Origin: a phage
Length of the DNA stretch: 64,000 nucleotides
Assembly: GCA_036253495.1 (NCBI GenBank)
Contig: GCA_036253495.1_4125.1
Reading direction: 5' to 3' (one strand)
The notes under the pieces are model-generated. The model saw only the letters and a program-made list of their open reading frames with translations, was not told the DNA's origin and did no database searches. This document shows positions 1 to 10,915 of this stretch, one piece after another (within the stretch, counting starts at the first letter, position 1; every line of letters starts with the position of its first letter). The position numbers and the translations under genes are program-made.

Positions 1-88
1 TTCTTATGTATAATTTAATCTGTACTGCTATTGTTCCTTTCTTTTATGAAATTCACAATAACATTAAACGTAAAAAACGAGGTTAATT

Positions 89-442
89 ATGTTTTCTCCT
101 GCTGGGCAAGTTATATTCATGTTATGTACACTGGTATTCTTTATGTTCTCTGTACTACTTGTGATGAAATTCTTTCACATGAAACCATTCAGTACTTGGT
201 ATGATAATATTGTGTACTATATTGGTAATGCTATAACACTCTTTTCAGTTGCATACTATTTCGGTTATTTTGCAATGCTATTTGGGTTATTACTTGAGGC
301 TCGTGCATTGCTTGTAGCTGGTATGATGGCAGATTTAATGTGTATAACACTAGCCTGTATTGGATTTACTGTATGTATGTCGTTAACCATTTTTGACAAA
401 TTATGTAAACTACACAAACGTTTAGGTGAGAGGATGAAATAA
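89..442 (+). CDS. small integral membrane protein
   Basis: 117 aa, several hydrophobic TM-like segments; GAGG SD upstream; first of three coupled ORFs. Confidence 0.6.
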   Translation: MFSPAGQVIFMLCTLVFFMFSVLLVMKFFHMKPFSTWYDNIVYYIGNAITLFSVAYYFGYFAMLFGLLLEARALLVAGMMADLMCITLACIGFTVCMSLTIFDKLCKLHKRLGERMK

Positions 443-825
443 TGACTTACCGTGATTACTTTTGTATTTTTGAAATTGCAGTATTCGCTTTAGGTTCAGT
501 CTGGTTACTTCTATACTACTTCTGTATTAATCCAGTATTCAATTGGGTTCGTCGTGCTGAACAAAGTAGTGCTGGACAAATAGCAGTTGTTATGGGTATG
601 ACATATTATATGTTCGCCGTAGCTTCTGTTGTTATTGAAGTAATATTTGGTGGCATGAATGGTGATGATGGGGCAACGTTCTATGGATTCGTTACATTCT
701 TTAGTGTGCTGATTCCGTGTGGTGCTCTTATTATTACTGCGTTCTATTGGCTATATCGTGGTGTTAAGAAGCTGGAATCAATTCACGTAGATATGCGTTC
801 AAAACGAATGGGGATTGACAAATAA
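442..825 (+). CDS. small integral membrane protein (possibly DUF350/YjfL-like)
   Basis: 127 aa, TM-rich; ATGA start/stop overlap with upstream ORF; sits before DUF1190-like gene as yjfL does before yjfM. Confidence 0.55.
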   Translation: MTYRDYFCIFEIAVFALGSVWLLLYYFCINPVFNWVRRAEQSSAGQIAVVMGMTYYMFAVASVVIEVIFGGMNGDDGATFYGFVTFFSVLIPCGALIITAFYWLYRGVKKLESIHVDMRSKRMGIDK

Positions 826-1376
826 TGAAACGAAGTTCTAATGTCATTCGTGAACGATTTCGTAAAGTAAAAACTATTAAGTACGGAGCGATTGCCTTGG
901 CACTTAGTAGTACTTTTATTATGACTGGATGTGAACGCTCTGAAGATATTTCTGTATATCAGAATGTGGACCAATGTAAAAGAAGTGGTAGCAATCCGGT
1001 ACAATGTGAAGATGATTATAAAAAAGCACTAACTGAATCGGAAAAGGTAGCACCAAAATATAGTTCACAAAGTGATTGCTCTAGTGATTTTGGTAATCAG
1101 TGTCAACAGCATAGCTCTGGATTCTTTTGGATGCCAATTATGAGTGGATTCCATAGTAGTGGTAATGGGTTTGCTAGTCAACCATTATACAACTCTAAAG
1201 GGAACTTCTATGATGCTGGTGGTAACTCCTACGGTAGCAGTACTGCAAAAGGTACAACACGTACTGTATCAAGTTCCGCATTAGCTCCAAAACCTCCTAC
1301 AACGACCACAATCACCCGCAATGGGTTTGGGTCTTCAGTAGCCAGAAGTGCCGCTCACACGAGTTCTGGTGGATAA
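825..1376 (+). CDS. DUF1190 family lipoprotein (YgiB/YjfM-like)
   Basis: signal peptide with lipobox IMTGC; motifs QCQQ, FWMP, APKPPTTTTITRNGFG recalled from E. coli YgiB; ATGA overlap with upstream ORF. Confidence 0.65.
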   Translation: MKRSSNVIRERFRKVKTIKYGAIALALSSTFIMTGCERSEDISVYQNVDQCKRSGSNPVQCEDDYKKALTESEKVAPKYSSQSDCSSDFGNQCQQHSSGFFWMPIMSGFHSSGNGFASQPLYNSKGNFYDAGGNSYGSSTAKGTTRTVSSSALAPKPPTTTTITRNGFGSSVARSAAHTSSGG

Positions 1377-1380
1377 TAAA

Positions 1381-1407
1381 AAAAGCCCACTTAATGTGGG
1401 CTTTTTG
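1381..1407. terminator. bidirectional rho-independent terminator
   Basis: AAAAAGCCCAC-ttaat-GTGGGCTTTTTG between convergent genes. Confidence 0.75.
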
Positions 1408-4341
1408 TTATTTGTGTTTTATGTGTAAAGTGTCTAATATTGTATTGAACAATGATTTAGCAGAAATCATGATTACTTGATCAAAATCTTTAGTATAAGA
1501 AATATTAGCAGTACTGGAAGAATCTTTCACCTCATCCGGTAATGCATCAAACTCTTCTTTTTCCATAATCTTTTCAAGTTCTTCACGAGAAATGGCTTTT
1601 ACGTTTTCAATAGTCCTTAGTTGTATATTATAATCTTTATAATACGAAACTAAGTTCGTTGCGTATGAACCATCTTTAGATGCTGTGCCAGTAAAATCAT
1701 AACATCCTGTATCAGTACTAACCCAATCGATTTTCCCTGAACTACCACTATATACACCTTTGTTAAATTTAATATTAACAACATCGCCAATAGTTTTCAA
1801 TATACCACCTTTACATTCATTAAATGCGTTTAATTGATAACTTGTAGTCATATAGAATTTCGGTTCTAATGTAACAGTATCACCTACAGTTGCTTTCATA
1901 TCAGAAACACTTAAGAACAATTCATTAAATCCTTTTGAATAAGTCTTGGTAATTGTTGTCCCATCCCTGTTAGTTACTGTGTATTCTAAGTCCAATTCAC
2001 AAATACTATTCAATGATAAGTAAGGGATATCAAATTTATCAGTACTAGCATCATAAGGACATCTTGAGGATGGTAGTATACCAGTAGGGTTTGGTACGTA
2101 TTGAACTTTTGTTAACTCATACCCGCTTGCATTCGCTGGTGTAACTGTAATAGACGGTGTAGATATTCCTTTCATTCCACAGAAGTATATGTTATCTGGA
2201 AAATCATTTATTACGAAGTCAGTGACAGGAATATCATAAGTATCTTTATCAGTCCAATTAAGAACAACATTAGAACTGGTTGGATCAACAATATGTTCAC
2301 TAGAACCACAGAAATATACTGATTTGGTATTAGTAATCATTAGTAATGTTTTGGATGATGAGTTCAATTCAAGAACATCTTTCACTTCAAGACCAGATGG
2401 TAATGTCAATGGTAACTTCGTGAATGATGTTAAATCTTGTTCATCTTTAACACCACTAGTCCCCGCCGGAAACTTACCTGAACCATAGAAAACACCTTTA
2501 TTCGTCATGAAATACATGAACGGGGTTGATGTTCCTTTGTCAAATAGTTTAATGTCATCACATGTTAAACCATCAGGTAAACTTACTTTAGATGGAGTTC
2601 TATAAACACCAGGCTTAATACCACCTTCACCATTACTTACATCACCTAGTACATATAAATCTTTACCTAGTTTTAAGAACATTGATTTATTTTTAGCACA
2701 CAAGAATGTATCATATGATTTATCATCAATTGGTAGCTTGGTATACTCGGTGTATGTATGTATTGAATCATCAATCCACGAACTATCACCACTAATGTAA
2801 ATGTGATTGTTTCTGTCAATATAATATGAATACACATCAGTACTGTTCATATATAAAGCATTTAGTGCATTTGTTTTCACTAAGTGATTGAACTTAAGAA
2901 CTTGTTTTCCATCGTACTTATGGGAGTTGACACCAATATCACCATTCAGGCTACTACCAAATGAATATATGTGACCACGTGGTAATAGAACTTGAACACC
3001 ACTTTTGGTTAAATTATATTTGGAGTGCAAGAGATCGTTATATACAACTCTAACTTTCTTAAAGATATCAGTACATTCAATCCACGATTTAGATGGTGTA
3101 CCATCCATTCCTATTATTGCTGGATCACCATAATAATAAGCTTTATTTTCATATGATATTTTAAAAGATGATTTACCATCTTTTGTATTAGCACTGAAAT
3201 ACACATCTTTACTATCTTTAATTGGATAAGTACTATTCTCTACAAAAGTATTATATGAGATATCGTTGTTAGCACTATTAAGAACAAAAGAAGTAGATGT
3301 ACTATTGGACTTATAGACTGCTACGGAAGATGTATCACTGAAATCAATTTTAGTGAACGTATCTTTGTATGTTTCGTTTAATAATCCTACATAAAAAACA
3401 TCAGTGCCATCAGTAACGAATATAGCATTTCTATTATTACATAAAGAAGTAATATTTTTTACTACTTTATTTGAATTATAGTTCGGTAACTTCTTTAATC
3501 CACGAACAAAATTATCACAAATAATACCAGTACCATAGAAGTTATAATCTTTATCACAGTATATAAATGCTGTATCATATGGTGAAGTACTTAAATTCTT
3601 ATAGAATGGGAATGGAGTGAATGTGAATTGTAGAACATTACGCAATTCCCCTACTGTCTCTGTTGGGAATTGTCTGTTTTTATTATTTCCAAGAAAAACA
3701 ACTCTATCTGTTAGGTATGTGTACATAATTCCATATGGTTTTACGTACAAGTCATTATATCCTAATGATAATTTAGTTGGTGATGTTAGTGGACCGGAAT
3801 TTATTTTATTTTGGTTAAAAGAAAATTCATTTGAATTATAACCAGCCCCATATGTATTACCATCAGTACTTAAATAATATACAGTAGCTTCCCCTGCTCC
3901 AAGAAAAGTCTTTACATCAGTTGCTAACGTTTTTTTGAAAGTTGGATAAAATTTATTATATGTTCCCGTTCCCATCATCAGTTCACCATTGCGGTTATGA
4001 CCACGAGCATATAGAATACCTTTGTCTGTATCTAAGAAGAACATTCCATTATATGTTTTGTAAATCTTACCTTTTGTAATATCGAAATTGGAAAAATCAT
4101 CACTAATATCAATGAATATTGTCTCAAGGTTATCTTCAAGGGAGTTTAGAGATTTACCACAATACCATACTGAGTTATCTTTTTTAACAGCAACACAACC
4201 ACACGGACTGGCATCAAAATATGTTACATCGGAAAGAACCAGTGATAAGTTCTTTGTACTGCAATAGTTATCCATTGCATATAAATCGGAATCTTTAAGT
4301 ATATATACGGAATTCCCAACCGCTTTAATCGAATTTATCAT
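1408..4341 (-). CDS. large RCC1-like repeat protein (candidate tail fibre/receptor-binding protein)
   Basis: 977 aa from ATG with GAGGA SD (track TTG start at 4431 lacks SD); GxNxxGELxxG-type blades; lacks MLPFVRM N-terminus. Confidence 0.6.
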   Translation of the reverse strand: MINSIKAVGNSVYILKDSDLYAMDNYCSTKNLSLVLSDVTYFDASPCGCVAVKKDNSVWYCGKSLNSLEDNLETIFIDISDDFSNFDITKGKIYKTYNGMFFLDTDKGILYARGHNRNGELMMGTGTYNKFYPTFKKTLATDVKTFLGAGEATVYYLSTDGNTYGAGYNSNEFSFNQNKINSGPLTSPTKLSLGYNDLYVKPYGIMYTYLTDRVVFLGNNKNRQFPTETVGELRNVLQFTFTPFPFYKNLSTSPYDTAFIYCDKDYNFYGTGIICDNFVRGLKKLPNYNSNKVVKNITSLCNNRNAIFVTDGTDVFYVGLLNETYKDTFTKIDFSDTSSVAVYKSNSTSTSFVLNSANNDISYNTFVENSTYPIKDSKDVYFSANTKDGKSSFKISYENKAYYYGDPAIIGMDGTPSKSWIECTDIFKKVRVVYNDLLHSKYNLTKSGVQVLLPRGHIYSFGSSLNGDIGVNSHKYDGKQVLKFNHLVKTNALNALYMNSTDVYSYYIDRNNHIYISGDSSWIDDSIHTYTEYTKLPIDDKSYDTFLCAKNKSMFLKLGKDLYVLGDVSNGEGGIKPGVYRTPSKVSLPDGLTCDDIKLFDKGTSTPFMYFMTNKGVFYGSGKFPAGTSGVKDEQDLTSFTKLPLTLPSGLEVKDVLELNSSSKTLLMITNTKSVYFCGSSEHIVDPTSSNVVLNWTDKDTYDIPVTDFVINDFPDNIYFCGMKGISTPSITVTPANASGYELTKVQYVPNPTGILPSSRCPYDASTDKFDIPYLSLNSICELDLEYTVTNRDGTTITKTYSKGFNELFLSVSDMKATVGDTVTLEPKFYMTTSYQLNAFNECKGGILKTIGDVVNIKFNKGVYSGSSGKIDWVSTDTGCYDFTGTASKDGSYATNLVSYYKDYNIQLRTIENVKAISREELEKIMEKEEFDALPDEVKDSSSTANISYTKDFDQVIMISAKSLFNTILDTLHIKHK

Positions 4342-4561
4342 GTTTATATCCTCATAAATTGATACCAATTCTAATGTATTTACCCACTTAAAGTACAAAA
4401 AATGATCAATTAAATGGGGAATCTTTAACAAATGAATTCATGATGTACTTGATGAATTGCCCATACCAACGGATTCCCCAGTCCCAGCATACCACATGGT
4501 ATTATCGAACTTTTTTATAATTGTAGTATCATAACCACACCAAACATCATCAACATTAGTA

Positions 4562-5914
4562 TTACAACAATTGTATTTCTGTGAGTGTTTGATATGTTGT
4601 ACCGTTGTACACACCTCTCCAATATACCCTACCTTCAGTACTAACCACTAATAGTCCATATGTTGTAAACCCAAGAGTACCACCAACATACATAGCATCT
4701 TTAATTCGAATACCAATGTCTTCATATGTAAATGAAGCGACTGCTCCCGCTTGCCACGAAGGACTAGCGTAGTAATCACTATAAACACCATGTGCTTTAT
4801 ATATTGATGTTGTTCCTGGTTCAAAAATTACAGTTCCACAGTAGTTCATTCGTATTTTAGTACTGGATGAAGTCGGTACATTTATACCTATGCCATCTTT
4901 TATCCCTGTCGTTAGGACGTTAAAACCACCCGCCACACGGTTGACGTCATTCGCACCGATTAAAAACATACCAACGTTGTATCCCATATAATATACACTA
5001 CTACTTCCATTCCAGAAAGAAAAACCACCACCATTACCACAGCGATATAGTTGTGAATTTGAGCAGTACATCATACCTTCGTTTGTCGCATCAAATTCAT
5101 CTGCTGTTCCTATTGTAGCTACAGTAGTCCACGTTTTAATCACTTGGTTTGTACTAGCTGGTGTTTGTATACCATATCGTATATTATATCCCTTACCAAC
5201 GATTGTACCATCTTCTAATTTAGCATAAAGTACAGGTCTATTACCAACAAAATACATATTATTGTGTGACATGTCTATTGTGCATCTTAATGAAACTACT
5301 TTTTGTGTCAATTGATTATCTTTAGTAAAAGAAGTAAAGTAGTAATCCGATGTTGAGTTGTTTATTAAACCTTGTATTGACAATCCCATATACCAGATTT
5401 CACCATTGCTGTTTAATGCTGCCAAAATACAACTATATTTTGAAGTGTATGCTGGTGATGTTGTTGAAGTTGCTGGTCCTTTATCATATCCACCACAGAA
5501 TACCATCTCCACAACTTCACCTACGTTCGAAAAATAAGAAGATACATTGATAAAACCATTTGTTATAAAAGGTGCTGTATTCATACTTGAATGTGTGAAT
5601 ATCCCATTTGCATATACACCACAAAAATGATATGAACCATCATTATCTTGGACTATTATTCCATTTGATAGTAACCAAAAATTGTTTACATTTTTTCTTA
5701 CTAATTCAACTCCTGCACCATTGGTTGGTGTTATACCAAAAGAAACATATTTTGTTTGACCAATACCATATAAATTTCCATTAGTTGCTAGTATTGCACC
5801 AAACCAGTTCCCACCACCATTCCTATCATGACCCATACCAATGGAGTCGAATTTCTTTACAGTAGGAACTTCAACTTTATTCCCATAATCCAACATTCTT
5901 ACAAAAGGTAACAT
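4562..5914 (-). CDS. RCC1-like repeat protein, MLPFVRM-anchor paralog
   Basis: N-term MLPFVRMLDYGN; RCC1-like blades; SD AAGGAGG 6 nt upstream; track extension to 5980 rejected. Confidence 0.7.
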   Translation of the reverse strand: MLPFVRMLDYGNKVEVPTVKKFDSIGMGHDRNGGGNWFGAILATNGNLYGIGQTKYVSFGITPTNGAGVELVRKNVNNFWLLSNGIIVQDNDGSYHFCGVYANGIFTHSSMNTAPFITNGFINVSSYFSNVGEVVEMVFCGGYDKGPATSTTSPAYTSKYSCILAALNSNGEIWYMGLSIQGLINNSTSDYYFTSFTKDNQLTQKVVSLRCTIDMSHNNMYFVGNRPVLYAKLEDGTIVGKGYNIRYGIQTPASTNQVIKTWTTVATIGTADEFDATNEGMMYCSNSQLYRCGNGGGFSFWNGSSSVYYMGYNVGMFLIGANDVNRVAGGFNVLTTGIKDGIGINVPTSSSTKIRMNYCGTVIFEPGTTSIYKAHGVYSDYYASPSWQAGAVASFTYEDIGIRIKDAMYVGGTLGFTTYGLLVVSTEGRVYWRGVYNGTTYQTLTEIQLL

Positions 5915-5944
5915 ATATCCTCCTTTATTCATTATATTATATTT

Positions 5945-5980
5945 AATCAAAAAAGAAAAGCCAGTACAGAGTACTGGCAT
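5945..5980 (-). terminator. rho-independent terminator between RCC1 paralogs
   Basis: minus-strand GCCAGTAC-tct-GTACTGGC + TTTTCTTTTTTG. Confidence 0.6.
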
Positions 5981-5989
5981 TTAAAATAA

Positions 5990-7165
5990 TCAAAATGTAG
6001 GAAGTTTGAATTCTCTCATAACAGATGAACTGCTTGCAGATACATTATCTGGTGATTTCCCTGCGTAGTATAATTTATTATCAATGAACATATACAATGT
6101 TGCATCATTTCCTGCTACAAGTGATTCACTTTTCTTAAATTTAACACCACTAGGTAAAATTGCTTCAACAAATGAACCTGATTCTCTTGTAGTATTATTT
6201 GCCAATTGACCATTGTTATTATAACCAGTACTATAAATTTTACCTGAACTATAATATACGAGTCCACGAGTACTAGTGTTTTCTATTCGAATGAATTCAC
6301 TATCATCTGGAACTGTCGTTGATAGTACTGGGTTTAACTTATAAGCAGATGATACATTATTATTACCCAATTGACCATAACCTTGAAAGCCTAGTGTATA
6401 CATAGGACATGATTCTGGTGTACCTTTTGTTATAATACCAATATAATTCACACTACAAAAAATGTCTATTACTTCTGTAATAGGTGTACCCTTATATTGA
6501 ACCCAAGGGAATACATACGATTGTTGCTTACCATTTCCCAAAGTACCGGAAGTTGTTGTCCCAGTACGCCACATTGTATCATCAAGTTTAATAATCCAGT
6601 TAGCTGTCGTTATCGATGAACAGAATTTTTTAACATTATCCACTAAAAATGTAAATTGATTATAATATGATGCAGTGTTTATACCAAACTTAGCACCAGT
6701 ATTATCACCTAACAAATATAAACTATTATCTGTACCTAAAATCAAAGCATAATCATAACCCACGTATATATCTTTAATTCTTGAAATTCCAAATTGTGTA
6801 AAATAGCTTGTACATTCTGTGAATGTTGTTATATTATTGGTTGTATTATTACCTAGCCATTTATCTAAACCACTATAAAAGAATCTATCATCATTTGTGC
6901 GTATTAGACAAAAAGCGTTCATTGTACTGCACCAAAAATCTTTAACATTGCTATATATTTTTGTCCATTCAGTTACTGCATTAGTATGACCTAAACCAAA
7001 AATTCCACCATTCTGAAGACCAATAGCCCATATTGAACCATTTTTATCAAGCATCATTGTACATGTATGTGAATAACCACCCGATGGTGTAACTAATTTA
7101 ACAAAATTGGGAATATATGGTAAAACTTTATTTCCATAATCCAACATTCTAACAAAAGGTAACAT
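5990..7165 (-). CDS. RCC1-like repeat protein, MLPFVRM-anchor paralog
   Basis: N-term MLPFVRMLDYGN; motifs GFQGYGQLGNN, GYNNNGQLANN; SD AAGGAGG; track extension rejected. Confidence 0.7.
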   Translation of the reverse strand: MLPFVRMLDYGNKVLPYIPNFVKLVTPSGGYSHTCTMMLDKNGSIWAIGLQNGGIFGLGHTNAVTEWTKIYSNVKDFWCSTMNAFCLIRTNDDRFFYSGLDKWLGNNTTNNITTFTECTSYFTQFGISRIKDIYVGYDYALILGTDNSLYLLGDNTGAKFGINTASYYNQFTFLVDNVKKFCSSITTANWIIKLDDTMWRTGTTTSGTLGNGKQQSYVFPWVQYKGTPITEVIDIFCSVNYIGIITKGTPESCPMYTLGFQGYGQLGNNNVSSAYKLNPVLSTTVPDDSEFIRIENTSTRGLVYYSSGKIYSTGYNNNGQLANNTTRESGSFVEAILPSGVKFKKSESLVAGNDATLYMFIDNKLYYAGKSPDNVSASSSSVMREFKLPTF

Positions 7166-7195
7166 AATTCCTCCTTTATTCATTATACTATATTT

Positions 7196-7230
7196 AATCA
7201 AAAAAGAAATGCCAGCATCGAGTACTGGCA
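7196..7230 (-). terminator. rho-independent terminator between RCC1 paralogs
   Basis: minus-strand imperfect hairpin GCCAG..CTGGC + T-run. Confidence 0.55.
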
Positions 7231-7236
7231 TTATTG

Positions 7237-8424
7237 TTATAGTTGTCTTGGTGTATCAAGTACATATCTATTTGTACTAGGACCACCATCATCATACGTT
7301 CCGGTTGAATAGATATTTTTCATATCAGTTAGAAATGTACGATACGAACCTCTATATATTTTTATTTTATCATACATAGAATATGTTATTTGTGCTGGCA
7401 GTGGACATGCAGTAAATTTACCAATAGTAACATTAGAACCAACACCCAACGAACCAGCATAACTACTCGCATTTAAACCAGTTGCATATACACCAGTACT
7501 CGTAACTAGTATACTAGATTGTGTTGGGTATCCAGTATGGATTGAATACAAAGTTCCAGTTGGTAGAGTAGTACTATTATTTCCTAATACTGCTAGTGCT
7601 GTACTAGTCGTAGTGTTATTACCCCATGCACCATTACTAGCTAAACCACCCACAAGGAACTGTCGTGCTCCTGTACTTGGATTTTCAACTAAAGCACTGA
7701 CCGCACCACTTGAACAACCAGTATATTGTAATGTTTTTGTATATGTTGTACTTGGCTGATATAAAGTATATTCATTATAGGGAGTCCATGTAGTACTGGA
7801 ACTTATACCGGATGTACCACCACCAATATATAAATTATTTTGTGTATCAAAAAACATTACACAGTTATTTGTTGACTGTATTTGTGCAATATCAACATTA
7901 GGTGTGACAGCTTTTACAAATGATCCATCTGTTATTTGTTGAGTTTGTCCAGTACCATCAGCGAATTGTCTACCCCCACTCCAACCAGTACTCCATATTG
8001 TATTATTATCCATTAAGAAAGTAAACCACGTAGTACCTGCATACATCTGTTTAATTGAAGTACTTGAACTTTGTGTGTACAAATTTTCAATATATTGGTT
8101 ATAACTTAAAAATGATGTAGTACTAGTTTCTAAACCAATATGACTACCATATCCACAATAAAAATAATTTAAGTCATTATCTTGTACTAACAAAGTTCCT
8201 TGTGTCACCCAGCAATCTTTGACATTTTCTCTAATTAATGTCCATGATCTTAGTGCATTATTATTTCCTCTCCCAAATTTTCCAAAACTATTACTTCCTC
8301 GTGCGTATAGTTGACCATCAGTATAAAGTACAACAACATCAGTATCAGTTGGTATTATTTTCTTAATTTGAAGTGGAATAGGTACAATATTTCCATAATC
8401 AAACATTCTAACAAAAGGTAACAT
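7237..8424 (-). CDS. RCC1-like repeat protein, MLPFVRM-anchor paralog
   Basis: N-term MLPFVRMFDYGN; SD AAGGAGG; conserved upstream cassette. Confidence 0.7.
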   Translation of the reverse strand: MLPFVRMFDYGNIVPIPLQIKKIIPTDTDVVVLYTDGQLYARGSNSFGKFGRGNNNALRSWTLIRENVKDCWVTQGTLLVQDNDLNYFYCGYGSHIGLETSTTSFLSYNQYIENLYTQSSSTSIKQMYAGTTWFTFLMDNNTIWSTGWSGGRQFADGTGQTQQITDGSFVKAVTPNVDIAQIQSTNNCVMFFDTQNNLYIGGGTSGISSSTTWTPYNEYTLYQPSTTYTKTLQYTGCSSGAVSALVENPSTGARQFLVGGLASNGAWGNNTTTSTALAVLGNNSTTLPTGTLYSIHTGYPTQSSILVTSTGVYATGLNASSYAGSLGVGSNVTIGKFTACPLPAQITYSMYDKIKIYRGSYRTFLTDMKNIYSTGTYDDGGPSTNRYVLDTPRQL

Positions 8425-8455
8425 AATTCCTCCTTTATTCATTATATTATATTTA

Positions 8456-8490
8456 ATCCAAATAAGAAAGCCAGTATCAAGTACTGGCCT
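8456..8490 (-). terminator. rho-independent terminator between RCC1 paralogs
   Basis: minus-strand GCCAGTA-cttga-TACTGGC + TTTCTTATTTGG. Confidence 0.6.
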
Positions 8491-8494
8491 ATAT

Positions 8495-9664
8495 TTAAAC
8501 TGGTGAATCTAATACAAATTCTAAACTACTAATGCCACCATATGTGACATTTGTCCCTGTGCTATATACAAAATTACCATCAGTTATATAAGTTCGGTTA
8601 TACCCACCTGCCATCTGCGACTTACTATAATCAAACCCATCAGGAACGATTGCTTTGGTATATACTAATGCATTATTAGATGTACCAATACCTAACATAC
8701 CAGCTCCTGAAGATTTATTGTAGCCGCAACAATATATACCATCTGTTGTAGCAATAACTTGGTTATAATATGAAGTAATGTTAGCAATGCTTACTACATC
8801 ACCGGGTGGCATTAGTGAAGCAGTTTGAACCTCAAATGCTCTATAATCACTGAGAGAACCATTTATCCCATCTGCTTGTGCACCAAATATTCTCGAACCG
8901 CCATTTGCGATGATGGTTTTACCAGTGGGATCAGTACCAATTGCCATTGCCATTGAAGTACTATTCTCCATATAGTACTTGATATTAATTGTATTTCTTA
9001 AGCTGGTAGGAGCACCATAATATATAGTATATAACTTACCTCCTGAACTTGTAACTGCATTTACTCTTCCTGTATAAAATAGCCATCCTTGGTTTGTAAC
9101 ATAACCGTGCATTAAATTACTTGCAAACAATTTAACAGGTAATTGATCTGCTGCGGTCGGAACAGTACTTTTGACGAATTTTCTAGCAACATTGTTAGTT
9201 GTTGTCCCATCACCCAACTGACCATCACCCCCTGCTCCAGTACTCCATATTGTTTGGTCTGTTAGTAATACACTTGTAGTCTGATAACTAACTGCTATAT
9301 CTAATATTGGTAATGTTAACGTATCGAATGTTGGCATAGCAGAAGTCCATATTGATACTGCTGCCCCTGGCATACCAACAGTTGTTGAACTTCCACTGTA
9401 CCATATTTCATCATTGCTTTTCTTAATAACTATCGACGTGGCTCCCATCCAAAAATCTTGAACATCAGAAGTGCTAAAAGTCCATGTAGTAACAATATTT
9501 TTGTGACCTAAACCCAAAAGACCATTTGTATTCTCACCACGCACATATAAATCACCACTGTTTGTTAAAACAGCAACATTATAGTTGTTAGCTAGTATTT
9601 TTTTAATATTTGGTTTAGCAGGTGCAATATTCCCATACTCTAACATTCTTACAAAAGGTAACAT
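8495..9664 (-). CDS. RCC1-like repeat protein, MLPFVRM-anchor paralog
   Basis: N-term MLPFVRMLEYGN; motif GAGGDGQLGDGTT; SD AAGGAGG; 44-aa track extension rejected. Confidence 0.7.
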   Translation of the reverse strand: MLPFVRMLEYGNIAPAKPNIKKILANNYNVAVLTNSGDLYVRGENTNGLLGLGHKNIVTTWTFSTSDVQDFWMGATSIVIKKSNDEIWYSGSSTTVGMPGAAVSIWTSAMPTFDTLTLPILDIAVSYQTTSVLLTDQTIWSTGAGGDGQLGDGTTTNNVARKFVKSTVPTAADQLPVKLFASNLMHGYVTNQGWLFYTGRVNAVTSSGGKLYTIYYGAPTSLRNTINIKYYMENSTSMAMAIGTDPTGKTIIANGGSRIFGAQADGINGSLSDYRAFEVQTASLMPPGDVVSIANITSYYNQVIATTDGIYCCGYNKSSGAGMLGIGTSNNALVYTKAIVPDGFDYSKSQMAGGYNRTYITDGNFVYSTGTNVTYGGISSLEFVLDSPV

Positions 9665-9695
9665 AATTCCTCCTTTATTCATTATATTATATTTA

Positions 9696-9730
9696 ATCCA
9701 AATAAGAAAGCCAGTATCAAGTACTGGCTT
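9696..9730 (-). terminator. rho-independent terminator between RCC1 paralogs
   Basis: same cassette as 8456-8490. Confidence 0.6.
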
Positions 9731-9734
9731 TAAT

Positions 9735-10883
9735 TCATTGTATAAATGACATATCAACTTCGGTATATCTTGTAGTGTACTGCCCAGAACTTCCACCCAT
9801 TACTAGATTGGAAAAACCAGTATAAAATAACTTACCTTCATCTGTGAGAATCAAACTACCGATGTTATTCAGTACTAAACTGTAAGAACTATTAAAATTA
9901 GCATAGGACTGGGTATAATAGAACTGATTTGTAAGATTACCAACACCCAATTGTCCACCAGTGTTAACCCCAGTTGCAAATATCGTAGTACCAAATCTGC
10001 GAATATGTGAGGCCATATTGCCGACGCAACAATGTACATTCTGAACATCCGAATTCAATAAAGTTGGTGTTGTGTATTGCTTAAGTGTTGTGCCTGTACC
10101 GAATTCATTACCATATGATACCCCATACTGTGTACCACAAGCGTACAATTTATTATCATCTTTAATAAAAAATGTACTCTGATAACTTACATCGACATCT
10201 ATAACATTAGTCTGTATTCTAACAACTCCAGTACTAGCAGTTTGATTGCCTGTCCCTAACTGATAGTAAGTGTTAATACCACAACCCCATAATGTATTAT
10301 CTTCTTTTAGGTATATGTTACCAACAGCTTTTTTTACCGATGATATGGCTTCAATCTTAACAAAGGCGTTAAATGAATTTGTATTTGTGCCATTACCAAA
10401 AGATGATCTGGTTGATGTGCTGTTTGTTCCGCAGCAATATAAAGTACCATCAGTTGTTATCAAATTCACTTTAAGATCACTGTAACTACTCATGTATTTT
10501 ATATCAGAAACATTAATACCACTGGATGTTATCCATGAAGTACAATCTGTCCACGTGTTATAATATGCACCTGAACCAGAAAACGCACTCGGACTTCCAG
10601 TTATAAACACTTTTCCAGTACCGTCTTCTTCATATAATTGACAACCACTACTGTTATTTTCCAAAAGGACTCTTTTAACATTAGTCGCACTAAGAATAAA
10701 TTTACTCGACGCTACACCAGTTCCAGTACCCTGACTGACTGCCGCTGATGCATACAAATTTTTCGTGTATGTATCATGAAAATACATAGCACTACCGCCG
10801 GAATATATTTTAAAACGTGTACTAGGATCAGGCGGGTTAGGTGCAATATTCCCATAATCTAACATTCTTACAAAAGGTAACAT
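9735..10883 (-). CDS. RCC1-like repeat protein, MLPFVRM-anchor paralog
   Basis: N-term MLPFVRMLDYGN; motifs GINTYYQLGTGN, GVNTGGQLGVGN; close paralog of 13279-14427. Confidence 0.7.
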   Translation of the reverse strand: MLPFVRMLDYGNIAPNPPDPSTRFKIYSGGSAMYFHDTYTKNLYASAAVSQGTGTGVASSKFILSATNVKRVLLENNSSGCQLYEEDGTGKVFITGSPSAFSGSGAYYNTWTDCTSWITSSGINVSDIKYMSSYSDLKVNLITTDGTLYCCGTNSTSTRSSFGNGTNTNSFNAFVKIEAISSVKKAVGNIYLKEDNTLWGCGINTYYQLGTGNQTASTGVVRIQTNVIDVDVSYQSTFFIKDDNKLYACGTQYGVSYGNEFGTGTTLKQYTTPTLLNSDVQNVHCCVGNMASHIRRFGTTIFATGVNTGGQLGVGNLTNQFYYTQSYANFNSSYSLVLNNIGSLILTDEGKLFYTGFSNLVMGGSSGQYTTRYTEVDMSFIQ

Positions 10884-10915
10884 AATTCCTCCTTTATTCA
10901 TTATACTATATTTAA

